Part shown: piece by piece, positions 39,038-48,821 of the stretch
Layout of the letters: the number at the start of each line of letters is the position of its first letter
Position numbering within the stretch: position 1 is the stretch's first letter
Virus record (IMG/VR): IMGVR_UViG_3300006736_003672
Coordinates: 1-64,000 of that record
Length of the DNA: 64,000 nt
Reading direction: 5' to 3' (one strand)
Source: a virus
Translations under genes and position numbers: made by a program
Notes under the pieces: model-generated
Told to the model about the DNA's origin: nothing
Databases searched by the model: none
Seen by the model: only the letters and a program-made list of their open reading frames with translations

Positions 39038-42000
39038 ATGCCAAAAGTACTAATAGAAAATCTTGAGCTTGAGTCACTAATAGAGCCGCCTTTTACTAGA
39101 GATGAAGACACGTATGAGGTCGTCGTGTCAATTTGGGGAGTTCCCGGCACTGGCGACTTGGACACCCAATACAAAATAGGGTCGAGTGCTGATAATTGGG
39201 TGTTCGAGACTTCGGACGCAATAGGAGATTGCACCGCCACGGCAAATCAGCAACAGCTCATCGAATTCGCAGACGAGCACACCGATTGTGTTGTCGATAA
39301 ACTCATGCTCCATGTACAAAATCGTGGAGTGTATGTTATATTAAAAAAGCTTCTTGGTACCGGTATGGACAAGTTTGCCGCCGAAACCCCGGATGACGAA
39401 AACTACTCAATGGATGAGAACGGTTATCAAGTGCACGAAGGCTTCGGTACGAAAACCCGCGATCTTATAGCTATGAAAAATTACATGACTCACCTGCTAG
39501 AGGTAGTCGAAAACGATATCATAATTGGCACGTTTGTGGGCTATGAAGGCGATCCTGATGCCGATCCTCCCATCCCTCCGGTAGAAATTTGGAGATCCCC
39601 TCGTCCTTCAGATCCTCATCCACGCCGAGTAGTCGTCGGGCTTAGTATTGGCAAGGAAAATATAGAGAAGTTAAGAGGTCTAAATCCCGCCGAAGCAGTA
39701 GGGGAGATCTCAGAATTCGATGAAAAAGCCGGCGCCCCGGTGGTGACTCGCTCGGAGCCTAAATTTCGTCAAACGTTTCAGAATGTTTTTGAATTTAGAG
39801 ACTTAATCGACAAAGTGTCTAAAGGATTAAAAAACTATCATGGCAAGTTATCAGATTCATATTTTGCTTATCATGTTCCTCCGCCCGGCTTACCTCAGGG
39901 TCTTTTGGGTCCGATTTATGACTCGGACGATGTAGAGGATTGGCCTGAGCTTGATTTTAAACAACAGGCTGCATATTTGAAGGAGGCTGGTGACAAGATT
40001 ATAGATTTTTTGAAAAGTTCTGGACATAATATGGGCGCACCTTTTGAAATTGGCTTTCGTAATTATCATAAAATAGATGAGGAAGGACTGACTACAGCTG
40101 AGTTAAGAGACGAAGTAAAAACAGGAACGGTTCCCGGGATAACGTATGTTGGATACCCGATAGAGTACGAAAAAGTGCGTTTATATACTTTATATGTCTT
40201 GAAAACTCCAAAGCCGCCCCCGGCCAGCGCGCCGGCACTTGATTATGGTTTAAATAAACCCCCGGTCCCATGGCCAACTTTATATCCCGACACAAGTCCA
40301 GACGGTGATCCTAGAATATTGTATGGGGATCCTGCTGCCTATGAAGTTGATTCACCATTTGACAAAGAACCGTTTACGTTTGGTACTGTTAGATGGTTTT
40401 TGGCCAACTTGAGAGATATTGGTTATAAACACATCGGCGGCAAACCAACTCCAGAAGAACTCAAGGCGCAAACAGAAGCAGCTGCAGTTGTTGCAACGTC
40501 AGAAGCAATGGAAAATCCTTGTGCCATGTCTGCTCCTGCTATGGCTAGTAAAGAATCCATGCCGGTCGACGACTTTATTGAATTGTATGTTTACCCAAAC
40601 CCCGAGACAATTTTTAAAACCAGTTCTATTTTGGATTTAGCTAAAAAATTAGCTGGATGGCACTCTGGAGAAGAGTCTGCTGAAAATAAAGCACTTGAAC
40701 GTAAGTTAACCAAAGAAGACGTATTACAATCTGTAGTTAATAATAGCCATGTTAACGCTTCCGATTATGTTGGAGACTTAGTATATAAAAACTTACCAGT
40801 ATCTCCGAATAAAATTCGATCAATTCATGATGCATATGCATATATTTTAAGAAGACTTGATATCCCAACTATAATAGTAAAACTATTAGAATGTCTTGGG
40901 TTGAGAGTAAGTTTAGACGACTTAATTGAGTGGATTTGTGATGACATTATTAAAGCTGTTGACGAAAAAACCGATGGAGGTATTACAAAACTTGTTGAAT
41001 TTTTGGAGAGTGGAGAATTTCAGATCCCGGGCGAATTCCTGGCACAGGATCCTCCCATTCAAGTGACCGACATTATAGGAGTTATACATGCCCACTCGGA
41101 CATTGATACTGGTTCTGCAGCGGTAGATCAGATGCTCAACACTTGGGATCGCAACCAAAAATTATTTATTTGCGCTGCAATTGCTGCCGGCCCATTCGCC
41201 GCAGTAGCCGGCTTGATTTGGCTAATTAACTATCTTCTTACTAGAGACGGGTCGTTGGACAAGCAGCCGGGAAAGAAGAAGTGTGATATTGAATTTTCAT
41301 TTCCAGATGAGTGGCCAATCTTAGATGCTCTTTGGGATTGGATATTAAGAGAAGCTTTAAAAAGACTTGAAGAAGAAGCTATGAGATTACTAGAGGAAGA
41401 AATTATCAAGCCTCTAAATCTGCTATTACAACAACTGTTAGACTTTTGCGATAAAGAAGAAGAAAGTTTTGGAGAAATTTCGTCCGAAGATTTAGACCCA
41501 GATCTTGCTTCAAAAGCTGCTCCGCTATTTGTAGGGCCAAAATCAAACAAATTTTTAAAAAAGTTGTTGTCTGCTTTAACTCCTAGTGAACTATGCGGGC
41601 TTCTAAGAGGGACCCTTTTATTTGAGGCCCCTGAAACCAAAAAAATTACAAGTTTTATTTACGAGTTTGCTTTAGACGAATACAATGGAGCACCTGCAGG
41701 AACAGTAGAACATGGAGGAAAACCCGGGCCTCTTGGTAACGGAAAAAATATACTTCAATTTTTTAAAAATCTTGGCAAGAAAGTAAATATGAGCGTGTGC
41801 GATGAACGAGAATTGCCAGAAAAGCCTATATCAGACTTTTGTGATGATCTTGGTGTAGATTATGAAAGTAATTTAAGAACCGCTTTAACTAACCAGGGAC
41901 TCTCTGATGAACAAATTGAAGGTCAAGTTATAGCAAAGCGAAACGCCAAGAAAGAAATAGTTAGCTCCGCTATACAAAATCTACTTAGAGGTAGCAATTT

Positions 42001-45000
42001 AACTGAAAAAGTAAAGGAAGACACAAAAAAAACAGTACAAAAGATTATAGTTGAAGCACTGCAAGGGACGAGCGCCGGCGCTATTAAGCACGTCATTAAT
42101 AGTGCGGCAATTCCGATGACAGCTGATATGGCAAACTTTTCTTTAGCTTTTTCAAATACTTCATTTGTAAAAAGACTTATTGCGGGAGTTGAGCTTGTAA
42201 AGACAGAGCCAATTTTTGATTGGCTTCCCACTGCGGAACTCAGTCAGTTCCATCGTTTTAGATTTAATATTTTTGATGGTAAATATTTAGAAAAAAAAGC
42301 TTTACAGGCCGAATTCGGATCGTCTGCTCCTGATGTTAATATGTGTGATGAGATCACTCGCCATATTGCTCTTATGGAAGATCTCAAACAGGAGATGGCA
42401 ATGGATCTTCATGAAGCCCGATGGAAATATTGGGATGGAGATCTTTATGAGGACCTTGAAACAGGCCCGGGCCCTGCTTTTATCACTCTCGCCGACGCAT
42501 CGATCGAGAGTTTCGCTGAATACAATAAAGCCCGAGCTGAAGAGGTTGGAGGAGACCCGACAGGAAAAGATTTGTCTGCATATGATTTATATCAATTGGG
42601 CTATGATCAATTCTCCGGGATGAGCAGATTCCACGCTAAGGAAGTACAAAGAAAAGTAGTGGAAGCATCTTGGTTTAATTTGCCACATAAAAATCTTATT
42701 AAAAGATACGAGAGGTTAACACCTTTAGAGTTTGATGACTTAGCAGTAATTGCATTTAGGTATTATAGTAGACATGTGCATGATTACACCAACACCTCGG
42801 CCGGCGATGAAGCTGAACTCAAGTTATTCTCCGAGGCGAATCATTATGGATCATTTTATTACGATCCGTTGACAGAAGAGGGTGGTCATTATGCCTGGGG
42901 CCCTCTTCTCAGTTCGGTTAATTTTAGAATGGGCTCCTCCCGGCCTTGGGCCGAATCTCCGCCAGGTCCTGATCAATATCCTTCAAAAAAACCTGATTGG
43001 GTGGATGTAGGATTTTACGATTTGGTGAGTAGGCTAGATCGTGCTTCTGGGACTGATCAAAACAATTATAAACTTTTTACGAACGAACCTCGTGTCACGG
43101 CAGTCATTCACCCCCACACTAAGGAGGTGAGAACTCATCTCGTTGCTACAGAAGACTTTCTTCAACGTGCTGGAAATTGGACACCACGGAATCCAATTTG
43201 GTCAGGTACTGATGTTAAAACAGCGCTAGTTCAGCTTCTTTTATTTGTTTGGGATTTCGGCGCTGACGAGTTGTCAGATTTTCCATATGAAGCCGGCGTC
43301 GGAGCATCTATTAATACCCATCAAGGAACCGAAGATGGTTGGAAAGCAAATTTTTGGGGAGGACACTTATTAAGAGCTTTGAAGTATTATCAACATGGCT
43401 TGAACACAGTTCCCTCTTTTGCTATAGATTTTGACAAATCCAGCTTTGCGACGGTGGAGAAATCCGTCTACACCCACCCAGTAGGCGAGCCTTACCCCAC
43501 GTATGAGAAAGTCGTCGAGGTCGAGAAGAGCCTGAAAGAAGCAGATTTAGTTGATTCCGGGGATACAATAACTTTAATAGAGGCTGTCTGGGGACAGGGC
43601 GAGTGCGGCGAGGTCTACCGTTACTATGATTATGCAGGATGGACCCCGGCCTGCCCATCCCAAGATCCTGAAACGTTTGAAGTGATTCCGTCTAAAACAA
43701 TGGTTGTGAACAAAGAAGCGTGGCTAGCGGGAAATGCTGAGTCTAAACTATTGAGAGCAGATCCCATTGATGATTCTGCAGAATTAATGGTAATCGATCC
43801 CGAGACCGGCCTTCGTGCACCATTTATTCCCGCTATGAAACCAACTCCTTTAAGTCTATTTTGCGCCCCGGGCTTAAAGAGAAGACCTCCGCCTCCGGAT
43901 CCAGAAAAAACTTGGGAAGCTGTTTATACATTAGTTCCTCCTGGCAAAGGCAAAGACAAAGAAGGAAAATTAAAATTATTGGATGAAATCTCGAGGTGTA
44001 TAACAGATGACTACACAATTTCAGTTAAGGAGCCCGGGTACGGCGTCGCCATCTTCGGCACGGCGCCTGCAGTGATATTAGACTATCGTAGTAAAGAAAT
44101 ATTAAAATTATGGGATGACATAGGCGATGACACTACAAACAATGAGCCTGGTTTTTCTATGAATAAAACAATCGATGTACTTGCCGCTTCTATGGGTACT
44201 GGACTTGGATGGAATACATACGATGTAGATGAACCAATAGCTCCACAATTTCTCGAAAAAATGATTCTGAGACACATTGATGATAAGTTTCCACATTTTG
44301 ATGATCAAATCATCCAAGATATGGTCGCCACCGGCGTCGGGGACTTTAATTCAGACTTCTCGATACACTATGCTCTTACTAAGGTGCTCAGAACCCACAA
44401 ACAAGGAAGACTAAACCTATATGGAACTATTTTTCGGGACTGTATAAGAAACATGGCTAACTTATCATTGAAATATGGAGTCGCTCAAAAAGCATCCGGA
44501 GACTATGATAGTTTGCAAGAAAAAATAATTGCTGCTGTTGGAGTACTGATGAATGATCTTGCTAGATCTAATGCTCTGACTGATTTGACTGATTTAGCAA
44601 CCGATGCTGCAAACAAACACACAGACGCAATGGAAAATGCTGATTTGGCGGATATAAATTCTATTCCTTCAATTGGAAAAACATTAATATCTTATCCACC
44701 AAATCCCCCTTTTCAGCTGGATCATAGTTACGATCCGCCGATGAAGGTATTTGAAAAGGTTGATTGGAAGAAGGGGCCTGCTTTATTTAGGCTATTAATT
44801 AGAGTAGTAATTATGGAAAAAGTGTTTAAGACGCTCATGACATCTTCCACTTATTCAACTTCTGGTATTTTTTCTAGCATTCCAATGAAAATGATAATTG
44901 CGAGTTCCATCCGATCCCAGCTCTCGACCAACATTCGGGATAAAATTAAAATATTGGCATCGGATCTGGGAATTATTGGGGAAGGCGCGTCATTTTCTTC

Positions 45001-48000
45001 ATGTGTCTTGCCCATAATAGAAGAAGAAATTGAAGCAACATCTGGCAAAGTCAGCGACCTGTTGGGTAACACAATACCGCAATTGACAGAGTTCTTAAAA
45101 GACAATGTCTATGATCTGGCTACGTCTCATCCAGAGTGTAATATATATTCTACGTGGACGGATATGGATCGTTACGTTCCCACGCAAACCGAAGCTGCCC
45201 TCGTCGCGCATCACGGCGAGCAGGATCCCGAAGGCTACGGAGGAGGACTCCAACTCCCGGACGAGTCTGCAGATCCCACGGCAGGTGAGAAGTATTGGGA
45301 CGCGGTTATCGCTTTGAATGAAAACAAATTAGGCCTTAACGAGATTGTCGAACACCAAGAAGGTCCCAAGATAGCCAGCGATAATATATTTAGTTTGACA
45401 AATAATTTTCATTCAACATTAAGATTTATTGATGAAGATGGAATCCAAAAATACTCTGGCTTTATTTTAGAAAAATATATAAAAGTTAAGTTCAAAAATA
45501 ATTTAATAAAAAAAATAGAAGATAAAGATCAAGGAGAACAGTTTTTAGAGGCATGGCAAGCTCTTCCAATTGAATGGCGAGGCAGCGCGCAAGATAAAAT
45601 GAAGCCAGATGGATTCAAATATGCAACTTGTTTAAGCCCCGGAGAGTTTACATCTGCGATTGGTGACTTTTTTACTTATTTTGGCAACATGACTCCTGAA
45701 GGTTGGGGTCAATCAGTGTTTGATTGGGCTCAACTTTTTGATCCTTATCAATTTAGTGAAAAGCTACAAGAACTCTCTGACAAAGTGTATGAGGAAGGAA
45801 AGCAAAACCCAGGAGACAAACACGGGCACGACAGCGTTCTGAATATTGATCGAAGCGAGAGAGATTTATGGTCTAACGGGCCCGCCGGCCAGGCTATCTT
45901 CAGTGCAAATCCCCTGACCGCAGGCGCTAGCGCCCAATACAGTGATCATAATGTGGTTTCTAGATCTGCCGAAGTGCAGAGACATATTGCTCTCATGGAA
46001 AGGATTCTTGCATACCAGCTGAAAAATAACAGCGGCGGCCCCTCCGAAGGGTATGTTCATCCAGGTTCTGATCCCAGTTCGTACTACGAAGGCGATGAGG
46101 ATAGTGCTAGACCTTTTAATTCTCCAGCCGGCTCGAGGATCCCATTCGGATCCACCGGTGTTAATGCCGGCTGGAACGACAACACTGGATTGGGAATAGA
46201 AGGTACCGCTGAGAACATACAATCTTTATGGCATAGCCTTACTAATCAAGATAAACGTGATTTAGAGACAATTGCTTTTAGATTTTATTCTAGATATTAT
46301 TTTGGAGACTTGAGATCATTTTACTTCGATCCTCATGATTCTGTATATCCCAAACACGCCGGCGGCTCTAACGTTGGACTTAAAGATTTTGTGGGAAGAA
46401 AAGGGTTTCTTGATTCGACTATGGATTTTCGTACTGGTCTCCGACGACCAGGAATGATGTTCATGAACGCCGTTAACCAGAAAGAGTGCACCGAGGAACC
46501 ACCTTTCTGGAAAAAAGCCGCCGTCGCCATCGGTGGTGCCCTCCTCTCCGGCCTTGTTTCTCTCATTCCCGGCGGGCTTATTATTGATCTAGTTGGATCA
46601 TTCGCGGGACAGGGATTCAAGGCCGCCGGAGAATACTACCTCCACAAAGACGACAAATGCTGGTATGTCTCGGGCAGGTACGTTGTACCTCAACCAAACG
46701 ATCCAACGTTGTGTCTTCATATGCCAACGTCGCTTATGGATATGATAAAAATGATACAAATGCAAACTTATGAAACTGACAGCGGTTGGTGGAGCGAAAA
46801 TGTTGGTAGTGCCGCCGCCGTCCATTACACCAATGGCGCAGATGGACCTGGCACATCGCAAGATGATCATTTAGACGCAAAAATAAGTTATAGGACACCC
46901 CTTATACAAAGAGGCGCCAGAACGTCACAGCCGTCATATAGGATTCCCGATATCGTGGAGGAACCTGGCCACGCGGGCTACGGCGCGCGACTGGGCATGA
47001 GTTTGCAAGACAGAGACCCTGATGAAAATGAGATCTTGGGCGCCATGGCCAAGCTTCTTCTTTTTCCATATGAAATTGGAGATTTTCAAACAAATTCATA
47101 CAGCGATGAAGGATTAGATGAGTTTTGTGGTGATGATGACCAATGTGACGAAACAGTTATCAGAAGGTATTCAATCCCCGGCTCTCAGCAATGGGGAGGT
47201 GCACTCGAAGACGACTTTGACGTTGATTTTTCCTCTGGTGGTCTTTATACATCTGCAAAGATAGGAGAAGAGTGGACCGCGATATTTGGCGGGCACTTAT
47301 ACTGGGCCTTGCAATATTACAAAAAGGGATTATGGGAAACACACGCTGAATTTATAAGTGGCGAGACTGGAACAGTTATAACGTCACCCTCACCTTTGGG
47401 TATTTTTACTAAAGACTCTGAAGGAACCAGCAATGTTATAAAAATTAAGGGATCAATACCTGAAGATTTGAAATCTATAAGTGATATGGATTTGACAGGA
47501 GATGATGGATTTGCTGATGTGTCTTATGGTTTACGTTTGTCGTATCTTGTTCCTCCTAATGTTGCGTCCGAAGATCCAAGAGATTATCCACTTTCACCGG
47601 GAAAAGACCAGCTACAGACCAGCGATGAGCGGTCCGCGACATTCTGGCCAGCCGTCGAAAAAGCGACCACCCCGATGTTTTCGAGTAAACCATTTTTCCA
47701 TGACACGGGAGAATACCGCACCAAATCCACGGAGTTGATATCTCACGTAATGGACGGGTGGGATTCGATGAAACGTGAAAAATCGATTTTTATAAGCGAA
47801 GTTCCTGAGGCTGTCCCATCAATTAATTTATCCGATCAGGACGAACGCCCACAATCAGCTGGCTTCGACCCCTTCGGCAACCTCCTCGTCGAGCACTCGC
47901 GGTCGAAATACAATATTGGCAAACCAATTGTTATATTACCAATAATGGAATATGAAGATCCTGTAGGTCCCGGGAAAAAATGGAATGATATCATATATAC

Positions 48001-48331
48001 TGAGGAAATATTCACTAGCCTTTACGAAGGATTAAAGGTAATGCCTGATTTTAAACTTTTCTTTGAGTATGTTATTCCACTTAAAAGAGTCGTGATGATG
48101 TTGGCGATCCGTGACATGTTAAATTTTGAATCATCTCTTTCCGAGCTTCCATATAAGACGGCGTTATTTGAGGCTAGTAGGGGAGATATATTTAATTTGG
48201 TTAGATATGCCTTTGACGCAAGTAAAGATCCAAGAATTGTCTCGCCCCCCGCCCAATCCATTATCGCGCTTCAAGGATTCAAAGACCAGTTTGATAGCCT
48301 GAACCTCATCGATACATCCGGCGATAGCTAG
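39038..48331 (+). CDS. Giant 3097-aa virion-associated protein with an internal duplication and hydrophobic segments
   Basis: Uninterrupted ORF between the spike and gp25 genes; no recognisable catalytic motif. Confidence 0.75.
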   Translation: MPKVLIENLELESLIEPPFTRDEDTYEVVVSIWGVPGTGDLDTQYKIGSSADNWVFETSDAIGDCTATANQQQLIEFADEHTDCVVDKLMLHVQNRGVYVILKKLLGTGMDKFAAETPDDENYSMDENGYQVHEGFGTKTRDLIAMKNYMTHLLEVVENDIIIGTFVGYEGDPDADPPIPPVEIWRSPRPSDPHPRRVVVGLSIGKENIEKLRGLNPAEAVGEISEFDEKAGAPVVTRSEPKFRQTFQNVFEFRDLIDKVSKGLKNYHGKLSDSYFAYHVPPPGLPQGLLGPIYDSDDVEDWPELDFKQQAAYLKEAGDKIIDFLKSSGHNMGAPFEIGFRNYHKIDEEGLTTAELRDEVKTGTVPGITYVGYPIEYEKVRLYTLYVLKTPKPPPASAPALDYGLNKPPVPWPTLYPDTSPDGDPRILYGDPAAYEVDSPFDKEPFTFGTVRWFLANLRDIGYKHIGGKPTPEELKAQTEAAAVVATSEAMENPCAMSAPAMASKESMPVDDFIELYVYPNPETIFKTSSILDLAKKLAGWHSGEESAENKALERKLTKEDVLQSVVNNSHVNASDYVGDLVYKNLPVSPNKIRSIHDAYAYILRRLDIPTIIVKLLECLGLRVSLDDLIEWICDDIIKAVDEKTDGGITKLVEFLESGEFQIPGEFLAQDPPIQVTDIIGVIHAHSDIDTGSAAVDQMLNTWDRNQKLFICAAIAAGPFAAVAGLIWLINYLLTRDGSLDKQPGKKKCDIEFSFPDEWPILDALWDWILREALKRLEEEAMRLLEEEIIKPLNLLLQQLLDFCDKEEESFGEISSEDLDPDLASKAAPLFVGPKSNKFLKKLLSALTPSELCGLLRGTLLFEAPETKKITSFIYEFALDEYNGAPAGTVEHGGKPGPLGNGKNILQFFKNLGKKVNMSVCDERELPEKPISDFCDDLGVDYESNLRTALTNQGLSDEQIEGQVIAKRNAKKEIVSSAIQNLLRGSNLTEKVKEDTKKTVQKIIVEALQGTSAGAIKHVINSAAIPMTADMANFSLAFSNTSFVKRLIAGVELVKTEPIFDWLPTAELSQFHRFRFNIFDGKYLEKKALQAEFGSSAPDVNMCDEITRHIALMEDLKQEMAMDLHEARWKYWDGDLYEDLETGPGPAFITLADASIESFAEYNKARAEEVGGDPTGKDLSAYDLYQLGYDQFSGMSRFHAKEVQRKVVEASWFNLPHKNLIKRYERLTPLEFDDLAVIAFRYYSRHVHDYTNTSAGDEAELKLFSEANHYGSFYYDPLTEEGGHYAWGPLLSSVNFRMGSSRPWAESPPGPDQYPSKKPDWVDVGFYDLVSRLDRASGTDQNNYKLFTNEPRVTAVIHPHTKEVRTHLVATEDFLQRAGNWTPRNPIWSGTDVKTALVQLLLFVWDFGADELSDFPYEAGVGASINTHQGTEDGWKANFWGGHLLRALKYYQHGLNTVPSFAIDFDKSSFATVEKSVYTHPVGEPYPTYEKVVEVEKSLKEADLVDSGDTITLIEAVWGQGECGEVYRYYDYAGWTPACPSQDPETFEVIPSKTMVVNKEAWLAGNAESKLLRADPIDDSAELMVIDPETGLRAPFIPAMKPTPLSLFCAPGLKRRPPPPDPEKTWEAVYTLVPPGKGKDKEGKLKLLDEISRCITDDYTISVKEPGYGVAIFGTAPAVILDYRSKEILKLWDDIGDDTTNNEPGFSMNKTIDVLAASMGTGLGWNTYDVDEPIAPQFLEKMILRHIDDKFPHFDDQIIQDMVATGVGDFNSDFSIHYALTKVLRTHKQGRLNLYGTIFRDCIRNMANLSLKYGVAQKASGDYDSLQEKIIAAVGVLMNDLARSNALTDLTDLATDAANKHTDAMENADLADINSIPSIGKTLISYPPNPPFQLDHSYDPPMKVFEKVDWKKGPALFRLLIRVVIMEKVFKTLMTSSTYSTSGIFSSIPMKMIIASSIRSQLSTNIRDKIKILASDLGIIGEGASFSSCVLPIIEEEIEATSGKVSDLLGNTIPQLTEFLKDNVYDLATSHPECNIYSTWTDMDRYVPTQTEAALVAHHGEQDPEGYGGGLQLPDESADPTAGEKYWDAVIALNENKLGLNEIVEHQEGPKIASDNIFSLTNNFHSTLRFIDEDGIQKYSGFILEKYIKVKFKNNLIKKIEDKDQGEQFLEAWQALPIEWRGSAQDKMKPDGFKYATCLSPGEFTSAIGDFFTYFGNMTPEGWGQSVFDWAQLFDPYQFSEKLQELSDKVYEEGKQNPGDKHGHDSVLNIDRSERDLWSNGPAGQAIFSANPLTAGASAQYSDHNVVSRSAEVQRHIALMERILAYQLKNNSGGPSEGYVHPGSDPSSYYEGDEDSARPFNSPAGSRIPFGSTGVNAGWNDNTGLGIEGTAENIQSLWHSLTNQDKRDLETIAFRFYSRYYFGDLRSFYFDPHDSVYPKHAGGSNVGLKDFVGRKGFLDSTMDFRTGLRRPGMMFMNAVNQKECTEEPPFWKKAAVAIGGALLSGLVSLIPGGLIIDLVGSFAGQGFKAAGEYYLHKDDKCWYVSGRYVVPQPNDPTLCLHMPTSLMDMIKMIQMQTYETDSGWWSENVGSAAAVHYTNGADGPGTSQDDHLDAKISYRTPLIQRGARTSQPSYRIPDIVEEPGHAGYGARLGMSLQDRDPDENEILGAMAKLLLFPYEIGDFQTNSYSDEGLDEFCGDDDQCDETVIRRYSIPGSQQWGGALEDDFDVDFSSGGLYTSAKIGEEWTAIFGGHLYWALQYYKKGLWETHAEFISGETGTVITSPSPLGIFTKDSEGTSNVIKIKGSIPEDLKSISDMDLTGDDGFADVSYGLRLSYLVPPNVASEDPRDYPLSPGKDQLQTSDERSATFWPAVEKATTPMFSSKPFFHDTGEYRTKSTELISHVMDGWDSMKREKSIFISEVPEAVPSINLSDQDERPQSAGFDPFGNLLVEHSRSKYNIGKPIVILPIMEYEDPVGPGKKWNDIIYTEEIFTSLYEGLKVMPDFKLFFEYVIPLKRVVMMLAIRDMLNFESSLSELPYKTALFEASRGDIFNLVRYAFDASKDPRIVSPPAQSIIALQGFKDQFDSLNLIDTSGDS

Positions 48332-48404
48332 AAATAACAAAGTTAATTTATGATCATTTTCGAATTTTAAAGACATAAAAACTATATAATAATAGAGGTT
48401 TAAG

Positions 48405-48791
48405 ATGGCCGGATTATCACCAAAATTACCACTACTTTTAGATAGTGAATATGGAACATATAAAGTTAATAAGACTTATATTGACATGATTAAGCAGAAT
48501 TTTAAACATCTGCTATTAACTATACCTGGTGAAAAAGTTATGGACCCGTACTTTGGAGTCGGACTAATAAAATATTTGTTTGAGCAAGATACTGTTGCTG
48601 TAAGAGGAGGCATTTCTGATAGAATTGAAAAACAACTAGATGTATACATGCCTTTTATAGAATTGCTTGAAATTAATTTTATTGGCTTTGAAGACCACGT
48701 AGAGGCTGAACCTGGCATTTTAAGTATGGAGATAAAATATAGAGTACCAGATCTTAATGTTGTAGATCTTCTAGAAATATCTGTTGTTTGA
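48405..48791 (+). CDS. Baseplate wedge protein, gp25-like
   Basis: IKQNFKHLLLTIPGEKVMDPYFGVGLIKYLFE and YMPFI. Confidence 0.9.
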   Translation: MAGLSPKLPLLLDSEYGTYKVNKTYIDMIKQNFKHLLLTIPGEKVMDPYFGVGLIKYLFEQDTVAVRGGISDRIEKQLDVYMPFIELLEINFIGFEDHVEAEPGILSMEIKYRVPDLNVVDLLEISVV

Positions 48792-48792
48792 T

Positions 48793-48800
48793 ACTAATTA
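48793..48800 (+). promoter_or_regulatory. Putative late promoter ACTAATTA (CTAWWTA family)
   Basis: The same motif lies in intergenic gaps before structural genes at 824, 33051, 37843 and 48381. Confidence 0.5.
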
Positions 48801-48821
48801 TTTCAAAAAGGATCGGTATAA

